Source: Macrostomum hystrix
Taxonomy: Eukaryota; Animalia; Platyhelminthes
DNA length: 64,000 nt
Assembly: GCA_950097015.1 (NCBI GenBank)
Contig: CATNEN010000003.1
Location: 16,058,001 to 16,122,000 of the forward strand
Direction: 5' to 3'
Shown here: piece after piece, positions 11,923-25,400 of the stretch
How the letters are laid out: every line of letters starts with the position of its first letter
How positions within the stretch are numbered: the first letter of the stretch is position 1
The notes under the pieces: model-generated
Seen by the model: only the letters and a program-made list of their open reading frames with translations
The model's database searches: none
What the model was told of the DNA's origin: nothing
Translations under genes and position numbers: made by a program

Positions 11923-13430
11923 CATAATAGCTAGCCATGTGCAAACCCTGAACCCAAAAAAATAATATGAATAGGAAATAAACAATTTCACTACAAATTA
12001 AAAAAACCCTTCAGTTAACAATGCCATTGTTTACATTAAAAAAATAGAAAATAAAAATAAGAACATATTGATAAAATCAGAGCAAATAACTATCATTGTT
12101 TAATAAATACTGAAAAAACTAGCTAATGTAAAGATAATGTCAATAGGCCTATAGCTAAAATAAGCTAAAGTCTAAAAACAAGAGTGAACAAGCTTGGTTT
12201 AAAATTAAATCACTTGCTTAGATTCATACATTTCATTAAGTATAAAAACTGTCAATTCTTAACAAGATAGATACTGTCTTGATTATTGATAAACATATAA
12301 CTAGGTCTAGGCATAGCTAGTAGGTCTATATGTAATATAGGTAGCTATATATTTAAATTTATTTTATATTGACAGGATAAAACTAAAATAAAGAAGCAGT
12401 GAGTTGGGCATACAATTATAAACAACTATTTTTTAATCATATATTGCTATTAAATAGATGCATCCGATTAAACAGAGATTGTAAAATTCAAGTTAGTCAC
12501 TAGTTAGCTTCATACTATAATTGCTGCATGATATAGTAACTAAAATAATATGAAGATCAATTATTCATGAAAAAATCTTCATAAAATTCGTCGAAGCAAC
12601 ATATTTTGTAAGTTATATCAAAAGAAGAGCTTTGTATCTGCTTCCAATATAAAGTTATCAACGTTTTAAAGTGAAAAAAGTGAAAAGTTTCTATCTCGCT
12701 AGTGTATTTTTCCGTAAAAATCAGCCTTTAATAAATTTTCTAAGAAACGAAGTGTCCCGTCCTTCTTCTAGTGGTCCTTGTGTCATAGTTGCTTGCAAAG
12801 TGTCAACAAAGCTTGAAGTTTGTCAATATCGGATGCAAATTGTCAGAAGTTTGTCAAAATAGGTTGAACATTTTAGCTAGCGCTGCCACAGACTGTCACA
12901 ATTGGATGCAACGATATCAATATCGAGTGCACCTTTTCTATAATAGAAAGTAAAAAGGTGTAACACTGTAGTCATCAATCTTTGAAAGGTGCCAGGGGCA
13001 TTGGAAGCCTCGGTCTTCTTTGACCTCGGGTCAGCGTGGAAAACACGGTTACTATACGCATTAAATATTTTCAGCGCGAATTTAAACTAGCTTATTATAA
13101 TAAAATGATTGAGAATTGAAACGAATTGAAATCTGAAATGATAAAAAGAGGTAAAAAACGATTTATAACACAAGCAAAGCAATCCATGAATTATGTTATT
13201 TTTTGCTCAATTTTATAACTGATTGTACTATTGCAACAATTTATTTTAATACAATTAAACTTTCAGTTGGCATGCAAAATATACAGAACTATAATATCAT
13301 CTTTATATTATTTTCTAGAATTAAGATACTTCAAAGATTAGTGAAGAAAACCAGCTAGGTGCTTGAAAAAGTGTCAAGCGTAAATGAAAGGCTTACGCTT
13401 AAACATCCACCAAATTATACTCACGCAGGC

Positions 13431-16400
13431 TTAGGAGCGTCTCATTGAAGCGTTGACGATGCAGACTGCGACAATACCGAAAGCCGTAATTGACAAAATC
13501 ACAATGCCAGATGTCATCATAATTGACATTCTAGTAGAGTTTTTATTAGCTGCAAAATTTACCAAAATTAAAGGAAATTTAGAATAACACGATAACAATT
13601 TAGAATAACTGCTTCTTTTAGGGATAAAAACTCTCTAAAAATGTAAGTGATCCTTGAATCAGGTAATCTAAATTACAATTACAAAAAAATGACAACGATT
13701 TTTCAGGCCTGCCCTATTTGTAAGCACATTACCGCCAAGTCAGAGGTACAATGTGTTAACAAACTACATTTAAACTGCACGCCTCCATCCAACAAGTAAA
13801 CTGTAAATTGTCATTTATCAAATCTAACTGACCCTCCTTAGTAGTAGCACATTACACTCCGCCCAGTCAGGGTGTGAATTTCAATAAATAAAAACCAACA
13901 GCCCAGTTCCGCTCCGCCCAGGGAGCGCTCATTCTCTTCATTAACAAAATCAGAACCCTCCGTCTAGACTGACTGCCAACAACCTCCGCCCACAATACAC
14001 TCCGATGTGCGAACAATGTGCGAAATCAGAGAGGCGGCCCTCTTTATCCTTGGCAGTCTCGCCGAGGCACTGTACACAGTTGAAACTGTACACAGAGGGA
14101 GATCAGAGAATATAATACTGTAGAGATGTATTTCATAGAATACTGAATTATATCGCTATTTCACGAGAACCCAATGCTTTTTTACAATTGCCAGGCGGTA
14201 GAAATTTTATTATGTAAGTTTAATTCAAGTATTGTGGCGAGTTGAGCCACGTAAAGGCGCACGAGGTAAAGGTCTTAAGTCTTAGCGGTGTACACTGGGC
14301 AGCCAGTCAACGCACAGCGTTCATGCACATAGCGCCGGCCTTCCTGGCCGGGGTTGGGGTGGCTGCCGGAGCGCGCACGCGTGTGTGGCGCGATCGCCAC
14401 AATATAATATTTAATTTTCTTGATATAAAGTACGAAACAAGTCTAAATTATTTTATTTCTAGCGACTAAGTGAAAAATTTAACTGTCGAAAATTAACTTA
14501 CAAACATGTGATTTTTTTATTCTAGTAAATCATTTTGAAGAAAAAAAGAAGAAAGTAAATGACAGTTTGATTAAAATAAATTTATAGTTTCAAACAATTG
14601 CTTTTGAAAGCATATGTTTTACCAAAAAACATATACTTTCATGTGTATCACATTAAAGATATGTTTTTACAAATAAAAGGAAAAAAGAAGTCATAAATGA
14701 AAGACTATACTGGGTGAATGGATAAATGAAAGAATTATGGGTGAAGGGATAAATGAAGGAATGGTTGAAGGGATAAATGAAGGAATGGATGAAGGGATAA
14801 TGAAGGAATGGATGAAGGGATAAATGAAGGAATGGATGAAGGGATAATGAAGGAATGGATAAATGAAGGAATGGATGAAGGGATAATTGAAGGAATGGAT
14901 GAAGGGATAAATGAAGGAATGGATGAAGGGATAAATGAAGGAATGGATGAAGGGATAAATGAAGGAATGGATGAAGGGATAAATGAAGGAATGTATGAAG
15001 GGATAAATGAAGGAATGGATGAAGGGATAAATGACGGAATGGATGAAGGGATAAATGAAGGAATGGATGAATGGATAAATGAAGGAACGAATGAAGGCAT
15101 AACTGAAGGAATGGATGAAGGGATAAATGAAGGAATGGATGAAGGGATAAATGAAGGAATGGATGAAGGGATAAATGAAGGAATGTATGAAGGGATAAAT
15201 GAAGGAATGGATGAAGGGATAAATGACGGAATGGATGAAGGGATAAATGAAGGAATGGATGAATGGATAAATGAAGGAACGAATGAAGGCATAACTGAAG
15301 GAATGGATGAAGGGATAAATGAAGGAATGGATGAAGGGATAAATGAAGGAATGGATGAAGGGATAAATGAAGGAATGGATGAAGGGATAAATGAAGGAAT
15401 GGATGAAGGGATAATGAAGGAATGGATGAAGGGAAAAATGAAGGAATGGATGAAGGGATAAATGAAGGAATGGATGAAGGGATAAATGAAGGAATGGATA
15501 AATGAAGGAATGGATGAAGGGACAAATGAAGGAATGGATGAATGGATAAATGAAGGAACGAATGAAGGCATAACTGAAGGAATGGATGAAGGGATAAATG
15601 AAGGAATGGATGAAGGGATAAATGAAGGAATGGATGAAGGGATAAATGAAGGAATGGATGAAGGGATAAATGAAGGAATGGATGAATGGATAAATGAAGG
15701 AACGAATGAAGGCATAACTGAAGGAATGGATGAAGGGATAAATGAAGGAATGGATGAAGGGATAAATGAAGGAATGGATGAAGGGATAAATGAAGGAATG
15801 GATGAAGGGATAAATGAAAGACTAAGACTGGATGAATGGAGATAAATTAAGGAATGGAAGGAACAAATGAAGGGATAAACGCAGATATGGAGGAAGAAAT
15901 AGATAAGGTACAGGTTATAAGAAATACAATAAGATCAGTTCTGAACTCACAAACTAGAGCCACAGAGGCCTTGTACGGTGTAGCCATATTGCTGACGTGA
16001 CACTGGAAATTCAACTTGGCGTCCTTGATCTCAGCAGCCTTGTCGCTGAGTTTAACATAGGCGTGCGACATGCCAAGTGTCTCCCTGTACTTCGGATATC
16101 CTTCCTGTAGCAGGGCGGTGTCAAAGTCGGTAATTCTTAAAGGCATGCTAGGATTATTCCTAGCCGAACAGATGGGCACTTCGTCGGTGGTTTGAATCAG
16201 AATTTCGGTCGGTATTGTCATCTCGCTGTGGATGGCTGGATCTGAAAATAAAATCATCGTAGGATAAGATTTTGCACTGTGCGAAATCAAGCATTTTTAG
16301 TGCTGTCTACAAGTATCTAGTACAGTTTCAGTACAGAATTTCAAAGTAGTTGAATCTAGTGCAGTCTAGCAATAATCTATTGCAGTCCAGCAAGAATCTA

Positions 16401-19400
16401 TTGCCGTCTAGCAAGAATCTAGTGCAGTCTAGCGAGAATCAACTGCAGTCTAGCAAAAATCTATTGTCGTCTAGCAAGAATCTACTGCAGTCTAGCAAGA
16501 TTGTATTGCAGTCTAGCAAGAATCTATTGCCGTCTAGCAAGAATCGACTGCAGTCTAGCAAGAATCTATTGCCGTCTAGCAAGAATCGACTGCAGTCTAG
16601 CAAGAATCTATTGTCGTCTAGCAAGAATCGACTGCAGTCTAGCAAGAATCTATTGTCGTCTAGCAAGAATCTAATGCAGTCTAGCAAGAATCTATTGCCG
16701 TCTAGCAAGAATCTACCGCAGTTTAGCAAGAATCTACCGCAGTCTAGCAAGAATCGACTGCAGTCTAGCAAGAATCTATTGTTGTCTAGCAAGAATCGAC
16801 TGCAGTCTAGCAAGAATCTATTGTCGTCTAGCAAGAATCGACTGCAGTCTAGCAAGAATCTATTGTCGTCTAGCAAGAATCTAATGCAGTCTAGCAAGAA
16901 TCTATTGTCGTCTAGCAAGAATCTACTGCAGTCTAGCAAGATTCTACTGCAGTCTAGCAAGAATCTATTGCCGTCTAGCAAGAATCTACTGCAGTCTAGC
17001 AAGAATCTAATGCAGTCTAGCAAGAATCTATTGTCGTCTAGCAAGATTCTACTGCAGTCTAGCAAGATTCTACTGCAGTCTAGCAAGAATCTATTGCCGT
17101 CTAGCAAGAATCTACTGCAGTCTAGCAAGAATCTAATGCAGTCTAGCAAGAATCTATTGCCGTCTAGCAAGAATCGACTGCAGTCTAGCAAGAATCGACT
17201 GCAGTCTAGCAAGAATCGACTGCAGTCTAGCAAGAATCTATTGTCGTCTAGCAATAATCGAATGCATTAGCTGTGTCAGAATTCATATTTCAATGTTTGT
17301 GTCACTCGTGCCCCCCCGAACCTGTCGGATTATAATCCTCCAATTCTTCGCCTCTTTTGGGCCTTCGCCTTCGTCTTACGTTTTCATGTACTTTTAGTCC
17401 CTTCAGCACCTTAGTTGCAGCTAAACTTATTTATTGTCTATGAACTCATCCTTTGCGTTTACCACCTTTATATCTATGTGCAAGACCTCCTCTCTGATGC
17501 AGGTTGCTTTTAGCTTTGCTCCCCTCTAGCGTGTCCAATATTCTTCTCTCTGCCCTTTTGCTTCCACTGCCACTAAATAAACTCTATCCAAACTGTTAAT
17601 TAGTTTGTTGTCCAAGCGACAACCTGTATATTAACTGACTTTTATTAGCTTCAGATTCTATCACATGCATTCTTTATTACGTGAATAATTTATTAGCTAC
17701 CTGAAACATTCTGAAGATACTGCATGAAGATACTAGAACTAGAATTTAATATTCCCTTAACAAAAAGCCGAGCTGCAACTATTGTGTAGGGCATTTAAAA
17801 GTTGTGTATAGCTCTCAGTCTTTTGAAAAAAATTGAACTCCCATTCTCTTGAGCAGAATTTGAAAGAGCTTATTACTTTAAAGATTACTTTGAAGATTCG
17901 AACCAGCGAACCCACTCGACACTCACAAGTAGCCAGTAGTACAATCTGTTTTGTCTGCCTCTCGCCGAATCCGTTAAACACTTCGCAGCGGAAGTTAACA
18001 ATCGGCTCTCTCGGCAATGTCTCGTGGAATTCCACCGCGTGGCCAACTGTGAGATTTGTGCGATTCTCTCGGCCGCTGATGCTCACTACGAAGCCGGGCT
18101 CCGGCGTGGCCTTTGGCGTCTCGCATTGGATTTTAATGCTGGTGCCAGCCGCCAGCTGGCAGATAAGACAGGTGGGGAGGTGGGGGAAACTCATCATTTG
18201 GTGTCAGCCGCCAGCTGGCAGATAAGTCAGGTTGGGAGCTGGGGCAAACTCATCATTTGGTGTCAGCCGCCAGCTGGCAGATAAGACAGGTGAGGAGCTG
18301 GGAGAAACTCATCATTTGGTGTCAGCCGCCAGCTGGCAGATAAGACAGGTGGGTAAGAGTATCTGAGTTTGATGGTGTCAGTACATCTGTCCTGACTATC
18401 TTTAGGCAGTGAAACCACACTCACATTGTGCCTTGTATGTAACAGGAGTAAAGTCGGGACAGGGGGTAAGATATGAAGATGAGGGGGTGGAAAGTGATAC
18501 AAACAGCTAGTCAATCAGAGACGAGGGAGAGGAGAGTGAAGTAAGGGTTAGCTAAGAAGTTGAACACATATAGGGATAGAGAAAGCAGATGGAGCGAGCG
18601 AGTGTAAACTAACACAGAGCAAAGGGGGAAGTAATAACAGGTATCACACAAGCTCATTAATTTATCTCACCTCAGTTCCGTTGGCAATCGCAATGCTAGT
18701 TTCCTTGTTGAGAATGCGGAATTCGCTTATTGGTGGAGTTTTATCGCCAACAGTTAGACGGACGTGCGAGGAGTTTTGGATAAATCTCCAGCTGCGGCCA
18801 AAATGCTCCACCTTGCAATAGTAATCTCCGTGCATGGTGTCTCGCTGTGCCAGGACGTCTTTGATAATCAAAGAATCGCATGTAGTTTCGTTTGTGTTGC
18901 ATGCAGATAAATTACAATACTTGAAGATAAATTTCTTTTTCTGACAATTGTACTGAACATCAGCAACTTTCTTCGTTCCAAGCATCAGAGTGTAGTAGAC
19001 ACCAATTGAATTGGTGTTTGGTGCCAGACCAGAGCAGTTGAAGCTAACTCGATCGTCAGTGACGGCTAAACTTGGCTCCACCTTCAATGTCACTAGCGTT
19101 TTTTTAGCTGCAAATTTTGATTAAAAACCGAAGGAAAATTAGAATAACAGAGCGAAACTCCTTTTGGGGATAAAACTCTCATCGCCCGAATTCCACAAAT
19201 TATACTTAAACGATGCTAAGTGAACCCCCTGATCCTTAAATCAGGTGAACTCAATTTGACGACGACGATTTTTCAGGCCTGCCCTATTTGTAAGCACATT
19301 ACCGCCAAGTCAGAGGTACAATGTGTTAACAAACTACATTTAAACTGCACGCCTCCATCCAACAAGTAAACTGTAAATTGTCATTTATCAAATCTAACTG

Positions 19401-22400
19401 ACCCTCCTTAGTAGTAGCACATTACACTCCGCCCAGTCAGGGTGTGAATTTCAATAAATAAAAACCAACAGCCCAGTTCCGCTCCGCCCAGGGAGCGCTC
19501 ATTCTCTTCATTAACAAAATCAGAACCCTCCGTCTAGACTGACTGCCAACAACCTCCGCCCACAATACACTCCGATGTGCGAACAATGTGCGAAATCAGA
19601 GAGGCGGCCCTCTTTATCCTTGGCAGTCTCGCCGAGGCACTGTACACAGTTGAAACTGTACACAGAGGGAGATCAGAGAATATAATACTGTAGAGATGTA
19701 TTTCATAGAATACTGAATTATATCGCTATTTCACGAGAACCCAATGCTTTTTTACAATTGCCAGGCGGTAGAAATTTTATTATGTAAGTTTAATTCAAGT
19801 ATTGTGGCGAGTTGAGCCACGTAAAGGCGCACGAGGTAAAGGTCTTAAGTCTTAGCGGTGTACACTGGGCAGCCAGTCAACGCACAGCGTTCATGCACAT
19901 AGCGCCGGCCTTCCTGGCCGGGGTTGGGGTGGCTGCCGGAGCGCGCACGCGTGTGTGGCGCGATCGCCACAATATAATATTTAATTTTCTTGATATAAAG
20001 TACGAAACAAGTCTAAATTATTTTATTTCTAGCGACTAAGTGAAAAATTTAACTGTCGAAAATTAACTTACAAACATGTGATTTTTTTATTCTAGTAAAT
20101 CATTTTGAAGAAAAAAAGAAGAAAGTAAATGACAGTTTGATTAAAATAAATTTATAGTTTCAAACAATTGCTTTTGAAAGCATATGTTTTAACAAAAACA
20201 TATGTTTTCATGTGTTTCACATTAAACATATGTTTTTACAAATAAAGGGAAAAATGAAGGGATAAATGAAAGACTGGATGAATGGATAAATGAAGGAATG
20301 GATGAAGGGATAAATGAAGGAATGGATGAATGGATAAATAAAGGAACAAATAATGGGATAAATGAAAGACTGGATGAATGGAGATAAATTAAGGAATGGA
20401 AGGAACAAATGAAGGGATAAACGCAGATATGGAGGAAGAAATAGATAAGGTACAGGTTATAAGAAATACAATAAGATCAGTTCTGAACTCACAAACTAGA
20501 GCCACAGAGGCCTTGTACGGTGTAGCCATATTGCTGACGTGACACTGGAAATTCAACTTGGCGTCCTTGATCTCAGCAGCCTTGTCGCTGAGTTTAACAT
20601 AGGCGTGCGACATGCCAAATGTCTCCCTGTACTTCGGATATCCTTCCTGTAGCAGGGCGGTGTCAAAGTCGGTAATTCTTAAAGGCATGCTAGGATTATT
20701 CCTAGCCGAACAGATGGGCACTTCGTCGGTGGTTTGAATCAGAATTTCGGTCGGTATTGTCATCTCGCTGTGGATGGCTGGATCTGAAAATAAAATCATC
20801 GTAGGATAAGATTTTGCACTGTGCGAAATCAAGCATTTTTAGTGCTGTCTACAAGTATCTAGTACAGTTTCAGTACAGAATTTCAAAGTAGTTGAATCTA
20901 GTGCAGTCTAGCGAGAATCGACTGCAGTCCAGCAACAATTTAATGCAGTTTAGCAATAATCGAATGCATTACCTGTATATTAACTGACTTTTATTAGCTT
21001 CAGATTCTATCACATGTAATCTTTATTACGTGAATATTTTAATAGCGACCTGAAACATTCTGAAGATACTGCATAAAGATACTAGAACTAAAGTATAATA
21101 TTCCCTTAACAAAAAGCCGAGCTGCAACTATTGTGTAGGGCATTTAAAAGCTGTGTACTATCTATCTATCTATCTATATGCAGGGGGGCCCGGGGCACTT
21201 GTCGCACAAGCGACGGAGTGGCACGCCCCCAGACCGGCGAACTAGGCGCTTTTGCGCCCATCGCGCCGCCTCCCCTGAGCAGGCACCACACACAACAGCA
21301 CAGACCCAGCCGGGGAGGGCAGGAGGCACCCAGAATAGGCAGCAGTGTCCCCCACCCCAGACCCCACAACACAGACCAGACCAAGCTGCCAGGGCGGAAG
21401 GCTGAAAAGAAATCAGTCCTCAGGGGAGGCCGTGTGATGGGTGTACACTATCCAATCGCGCTGACGGAAGTCCAGAAAGCGTGCGGCGGTGTACACCCGC
21501 CCTCCAGCCACCCCCGCAAGGTCTCACGCCCCAGCGTCAACGCACACAACTCACACAATGCAGAACAGGCACACAGAAGGTAGGAGCGAAGCTATTATTT
21601 CAAGCTTTGATTGCACGAAATATGGTGCACCTCCGCCGGTCGCTACTGTCCAAACCCTCCCAACAAGTCCCGAAATTAATCGTGACTTGAAGGGTGAATC
21701 ATACTAGCGTCCTTTGGAGTGCGAGGCAGCGACGTTAGCCGCTGACCCACTCGACCCTAAAGATTTGTACAGCTTCTGTTGAAAAAAATTGAAATCCAAA
21801 CCTCTTGGTCAGAATTTGAAAGAGCTTATTACTTTGACTTGAAGATTCGAACCAACGACCCCACTCGACACTCACAAGCAGCCACTAGTAAAATCTGTTT
21901 TGTCTGCCTCTCGCCGAATCCGTTAAACACTTCGCAGCGGAAGTTAACAATCGGCTCTCTCGGCAATGTCTCGTGGAATTCCACCGCGTGGCCAACTGTG
22001 AGATTTGTGCGATTCTCTCGGCCGCTGATGCTCACTACGAAGCCGGGCTCCGGCGTGGCCTTTGGCGTCTCGCATTGGATTTTAATGCTGGTGCCAGCCG
22101 CCAGCTGGCAGATAAGACAGGTGGGGAGGTGGGGGAAACTCATCATTTGGTGTCAGCCGCCAGCTGGCAGATAAGTCAGGTTGGGAGCTGGGGCAAACTC
22201 ATCATTTGGTGTCAGCCGCCAGCTGGCAGATAAGACAGGTGAGGAGCTGGGAGAAACTCATCATTTGGTGTCAGCCGCCAGCTGGCAGATAAGACAGGTG
22301 GGTAAGAGTATCTGAGTTTGATGGTGTCAGTACATCTGTCCTGACTATCTTTAGGCAGTGAAACCACACTCACATTGTGCCTTGTATGTAACAGGAGTAA

Positions 22401-25400
22401 AGTCGGGACAGGGGGTAAGATATGAAGATGAGGGGGTGGAAAGTGATACAAACAGCTAGCCAATCAGAGACGAGGGAGAGGAGAGAGAAGTAAGGGTTAG
22501 CTAAGAAGTTGAACACATATAGGGATAGAGAATTAAAGCAGATGGAGCGAGCGAGTGTAAACTAACACAGAGCAAAGGGGCAAGTAATAACAGGTATCAC
22601 ACAAGCTCATTAATTTATCTCACCTCAGTTCCGTTGGCAATCTCAATGCTAGTTTCCATGCTGAGAATGCGGAATTCGCTTATCGGTGGAGTTTTATCGT
22701 CAACAGTTAGACGGACGTGCGAGGAGTTTTGGATAAATCTCCAGCTGCGGCCAAAATGCTCCACCTTGCAATAGTAATCTCCGTGCATGGTGTCTCGCTG
22801 TGCCAGGACGTCTTTGATAATCAAAGAATCGCATGTAGTTTCGTTTGTGTTGCATGCAGATAAATTACAATACTTGAAGATAAATTTCTTTTTCTGACAA
22901 TTGTACTGAACATCAGCAACTTTCTTCGTTCCAAGCATCAGAGTGTAGTAGACACCAATTGAATTGGTGTTTGGTGCCAGACCAGAGCAGTTGAAGCTAA
23001 CTCGATCGTCAGTGACGGCTAAACTTGGCTCCACCTTCAATGTCACTAGCGTTTTTTTAGCTGCAAATTTTGATTAAAAACCGAAGGAAAATTAGAATAA
23101 CAGAGCGAAACTCCTTTTGGGGATAAAACTCTCATCGCCCGAATTCCACAAATTATACTTAAACGATGCTAAGTGAACCCCCTGATCCTTAAATCAGGTG
23201 AACTCAATTTGACGACGACGATTTTTCAGGCCTGCCCTATTTGTAAGCACATTACCGCCAAGTCAGAGGTACAATGTGTTAACAAACTACATTTAAACTG
23301 CACGCCTCCATCCAACAAGTAAACTGTAAATTGTCATTTATCAAATCTAACTGACCCTCCTTAGTAGTAGCACATTACACTCTCCGCCCAGTCAGGGTGT
23401 GAATTTCAATAAATAAAATCGAACAGCCCAGTTCCTCTCCGCCCAGGGAGCGCTCATTCTCTTCATTAACAAAATCAGAACCCTCCGTCTAGACTGACTG
23501 CCAGCAACCTCCGCCCACAATACACTCCGATGTGCGAACAATGTGCGAAATCAGAGAGGCGGCCCTCTTTATCCTTGGCAGTCTCGCCGAGGCACTGTAC
23601 ACTGTTGAAAACAATTTAAGTCAGTCTATGAACAAGTGAATCAGTTTTAATTGACTGACAATGTTTTCTATCAGCCAAATATATAGCATATTGGATGTCT
23701 TTTTAATGCATCATAAGTACCGAATTTAACTGTTAAATAATTTACATGCATCAAATTTTAATTACAGAAATGCATTTGTTTTTAACAGATAATATTGCTA
23801 ATTCTCTTTAAATGATAAATCCCAACATCACACAAGGAAATTCAAACATTCTTTCATCCCATCTCAATCCTAAGATTTAATATACATTTTTAATATACAA
23901 GTTTTTTGTCTAAGGTTGTAATAAACATCATCAGCACAGCTGGCTTTTTCTTTAGTCTTGCAGCATCAGCAGCAGCAGCGGGCAGTTAAAAGTTAATTGC
24001 AAAACCTCAGCTGTTAGTATTTAGGCTAGCTGCATGGTATAGTGTGTTGTGCAGCTAATATACAGTACACAACAGTCCTACTTCCTCCAACCCCAATTCC
24101 TATCCTCCCTGTACCACTCATTCTTTTCCTTTACCTTGATTCTAGATATTCACCGCACGCAAACCCTTATTAAAAGTCCTTCTCTATCATGCAACAGAAG
24201 CAGTGCCAGCAGTACTAAACTGGTATGCACATGTACCACAAGCTGATACTGCCTATAATAATTTAGAATTGTAGTGATTATATTGACTTGATTGCAGCTG
24301 AGGTTAGATGAGTAAGTTCGGGGTGAGATTAGATCAGTTAGTCAAGGGTGAGATTAGATCAGTTAGTCAAGGGTGAGATTAGATCAGTTAGTCAAGGGTG
24401 AGATTAGATCAGTTATAGTCAAGGGGGTCTAGGGGGAGATTAGATCTGTTAGTCTAGGGGGGAGATTAGATCAGTCATTTAATGGTGAGATTAGATCAGT
24501 TAGTCAAGGGTGAGATTAGATCAGTTAGTCAAGGGTGAGATTAGATCAGTTAGTCAAGGGTGAGATTAGATCAGTCAGTCTAAGGTAAGATCAGATCAGT
24601 TAGTCAAGGGTGAGATTAGATCAGTAAGTTTCGGGTGAGATTAGACCAGTCATTTAAGGGTGAGATTAGGTCAGTCAGTCTAAGGTAAGATCAGATCAGT
24701 TAGTCAAGGGTGAGATTATATCTGTTAGTCTAGGGGCGAGATTAGATCAGTTAGTCAAGGGTGAGATTAGATCAGTTAGTCAAGGGTGAGATTAGATATG
24801 TTAAAAGTAATATTATAACTAACATGTTTAGTTGATAACAGTGCTGTGAGTTTCGATATTAATTTTTATTAATCTTAAGCAGAAGAGAATCCATTATGTG
24901 TATAAATCTTTAACGAGTACATAAATACCCTGCTAAGAATGAATATATTTGAAACTATTTCCACCTATTGAATTCAGATTCTCTTTTATTCATATCTGCA
25001 AATCTTCGTATCATAAGATAGAGTTGACATTTGGAAAAGAGAAATGAGTTTCAGGAAATAATTCCTAAGACAAATGGTTTTTTATGTATTGTTCTTGACA
25101 ACTGAAGGATTTATAAATGTTCGAAAATGTTCGCTAGCAGTGAACGTGTCAATCTCACAATTTATTCTCATTCTAAAGAATTGATTCCCTTAGGGAGAAT
25201 AGGAGCCACATAAGCCATATGAGGCATGCAGATGAAGCGTAGAAGCTGGGAAGAGGGAAAATCGATAAAACCGGGATGCTTTTGGTGGGCTCGGTGGAAA
25301 AGACCAGATGGGAGACAGAATTGAAGGCATAGATCAGTGTTACAAAAGTGCAGGCTGCCCACAATAAGAAGGATAGCTCAGGCTGACTGCTCAGAATATC

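Larger units (their letters stand above)
3271..12780. mobile_element. P-superfamily non-autonomous element with very long (~750 bp) TIRs, foldback/Galileo-like
   Basis: Termini CAAGGACCACTAGAAGAAG / CTTCTTCTAGTGGTCCTTG. Perfect 8-bp TSD TGTCATAG at 3263-3270 and 12781-12788. Near-identical inverted arms at 3271-~4030 and ~12020-12780. Confidence 0.88.
2769..12960. mobile_element. Non-autonomous TIR element (MITE, ~0.68 kb when empty) split by a P-family insertion
   Basis: ~150-bp inverted repeats at 2769-~2921 (CACCTTTTTACTTTCTATTATAGAAAAGGTGCAC...) and ~12816-12960, each flanked by TA. Superfamily not assignable. Confidence 0.75.

Noticed and set aside
14653-17270. Long ORFs (SLHPFLHL, PSSIPSFI, EGMDEGIN, QSSKNLL, LLDCSRF repeats)
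   Set aside because: These are translations of 24-bp and 21-bp intronic minisatellites, open in several frames on both strands.
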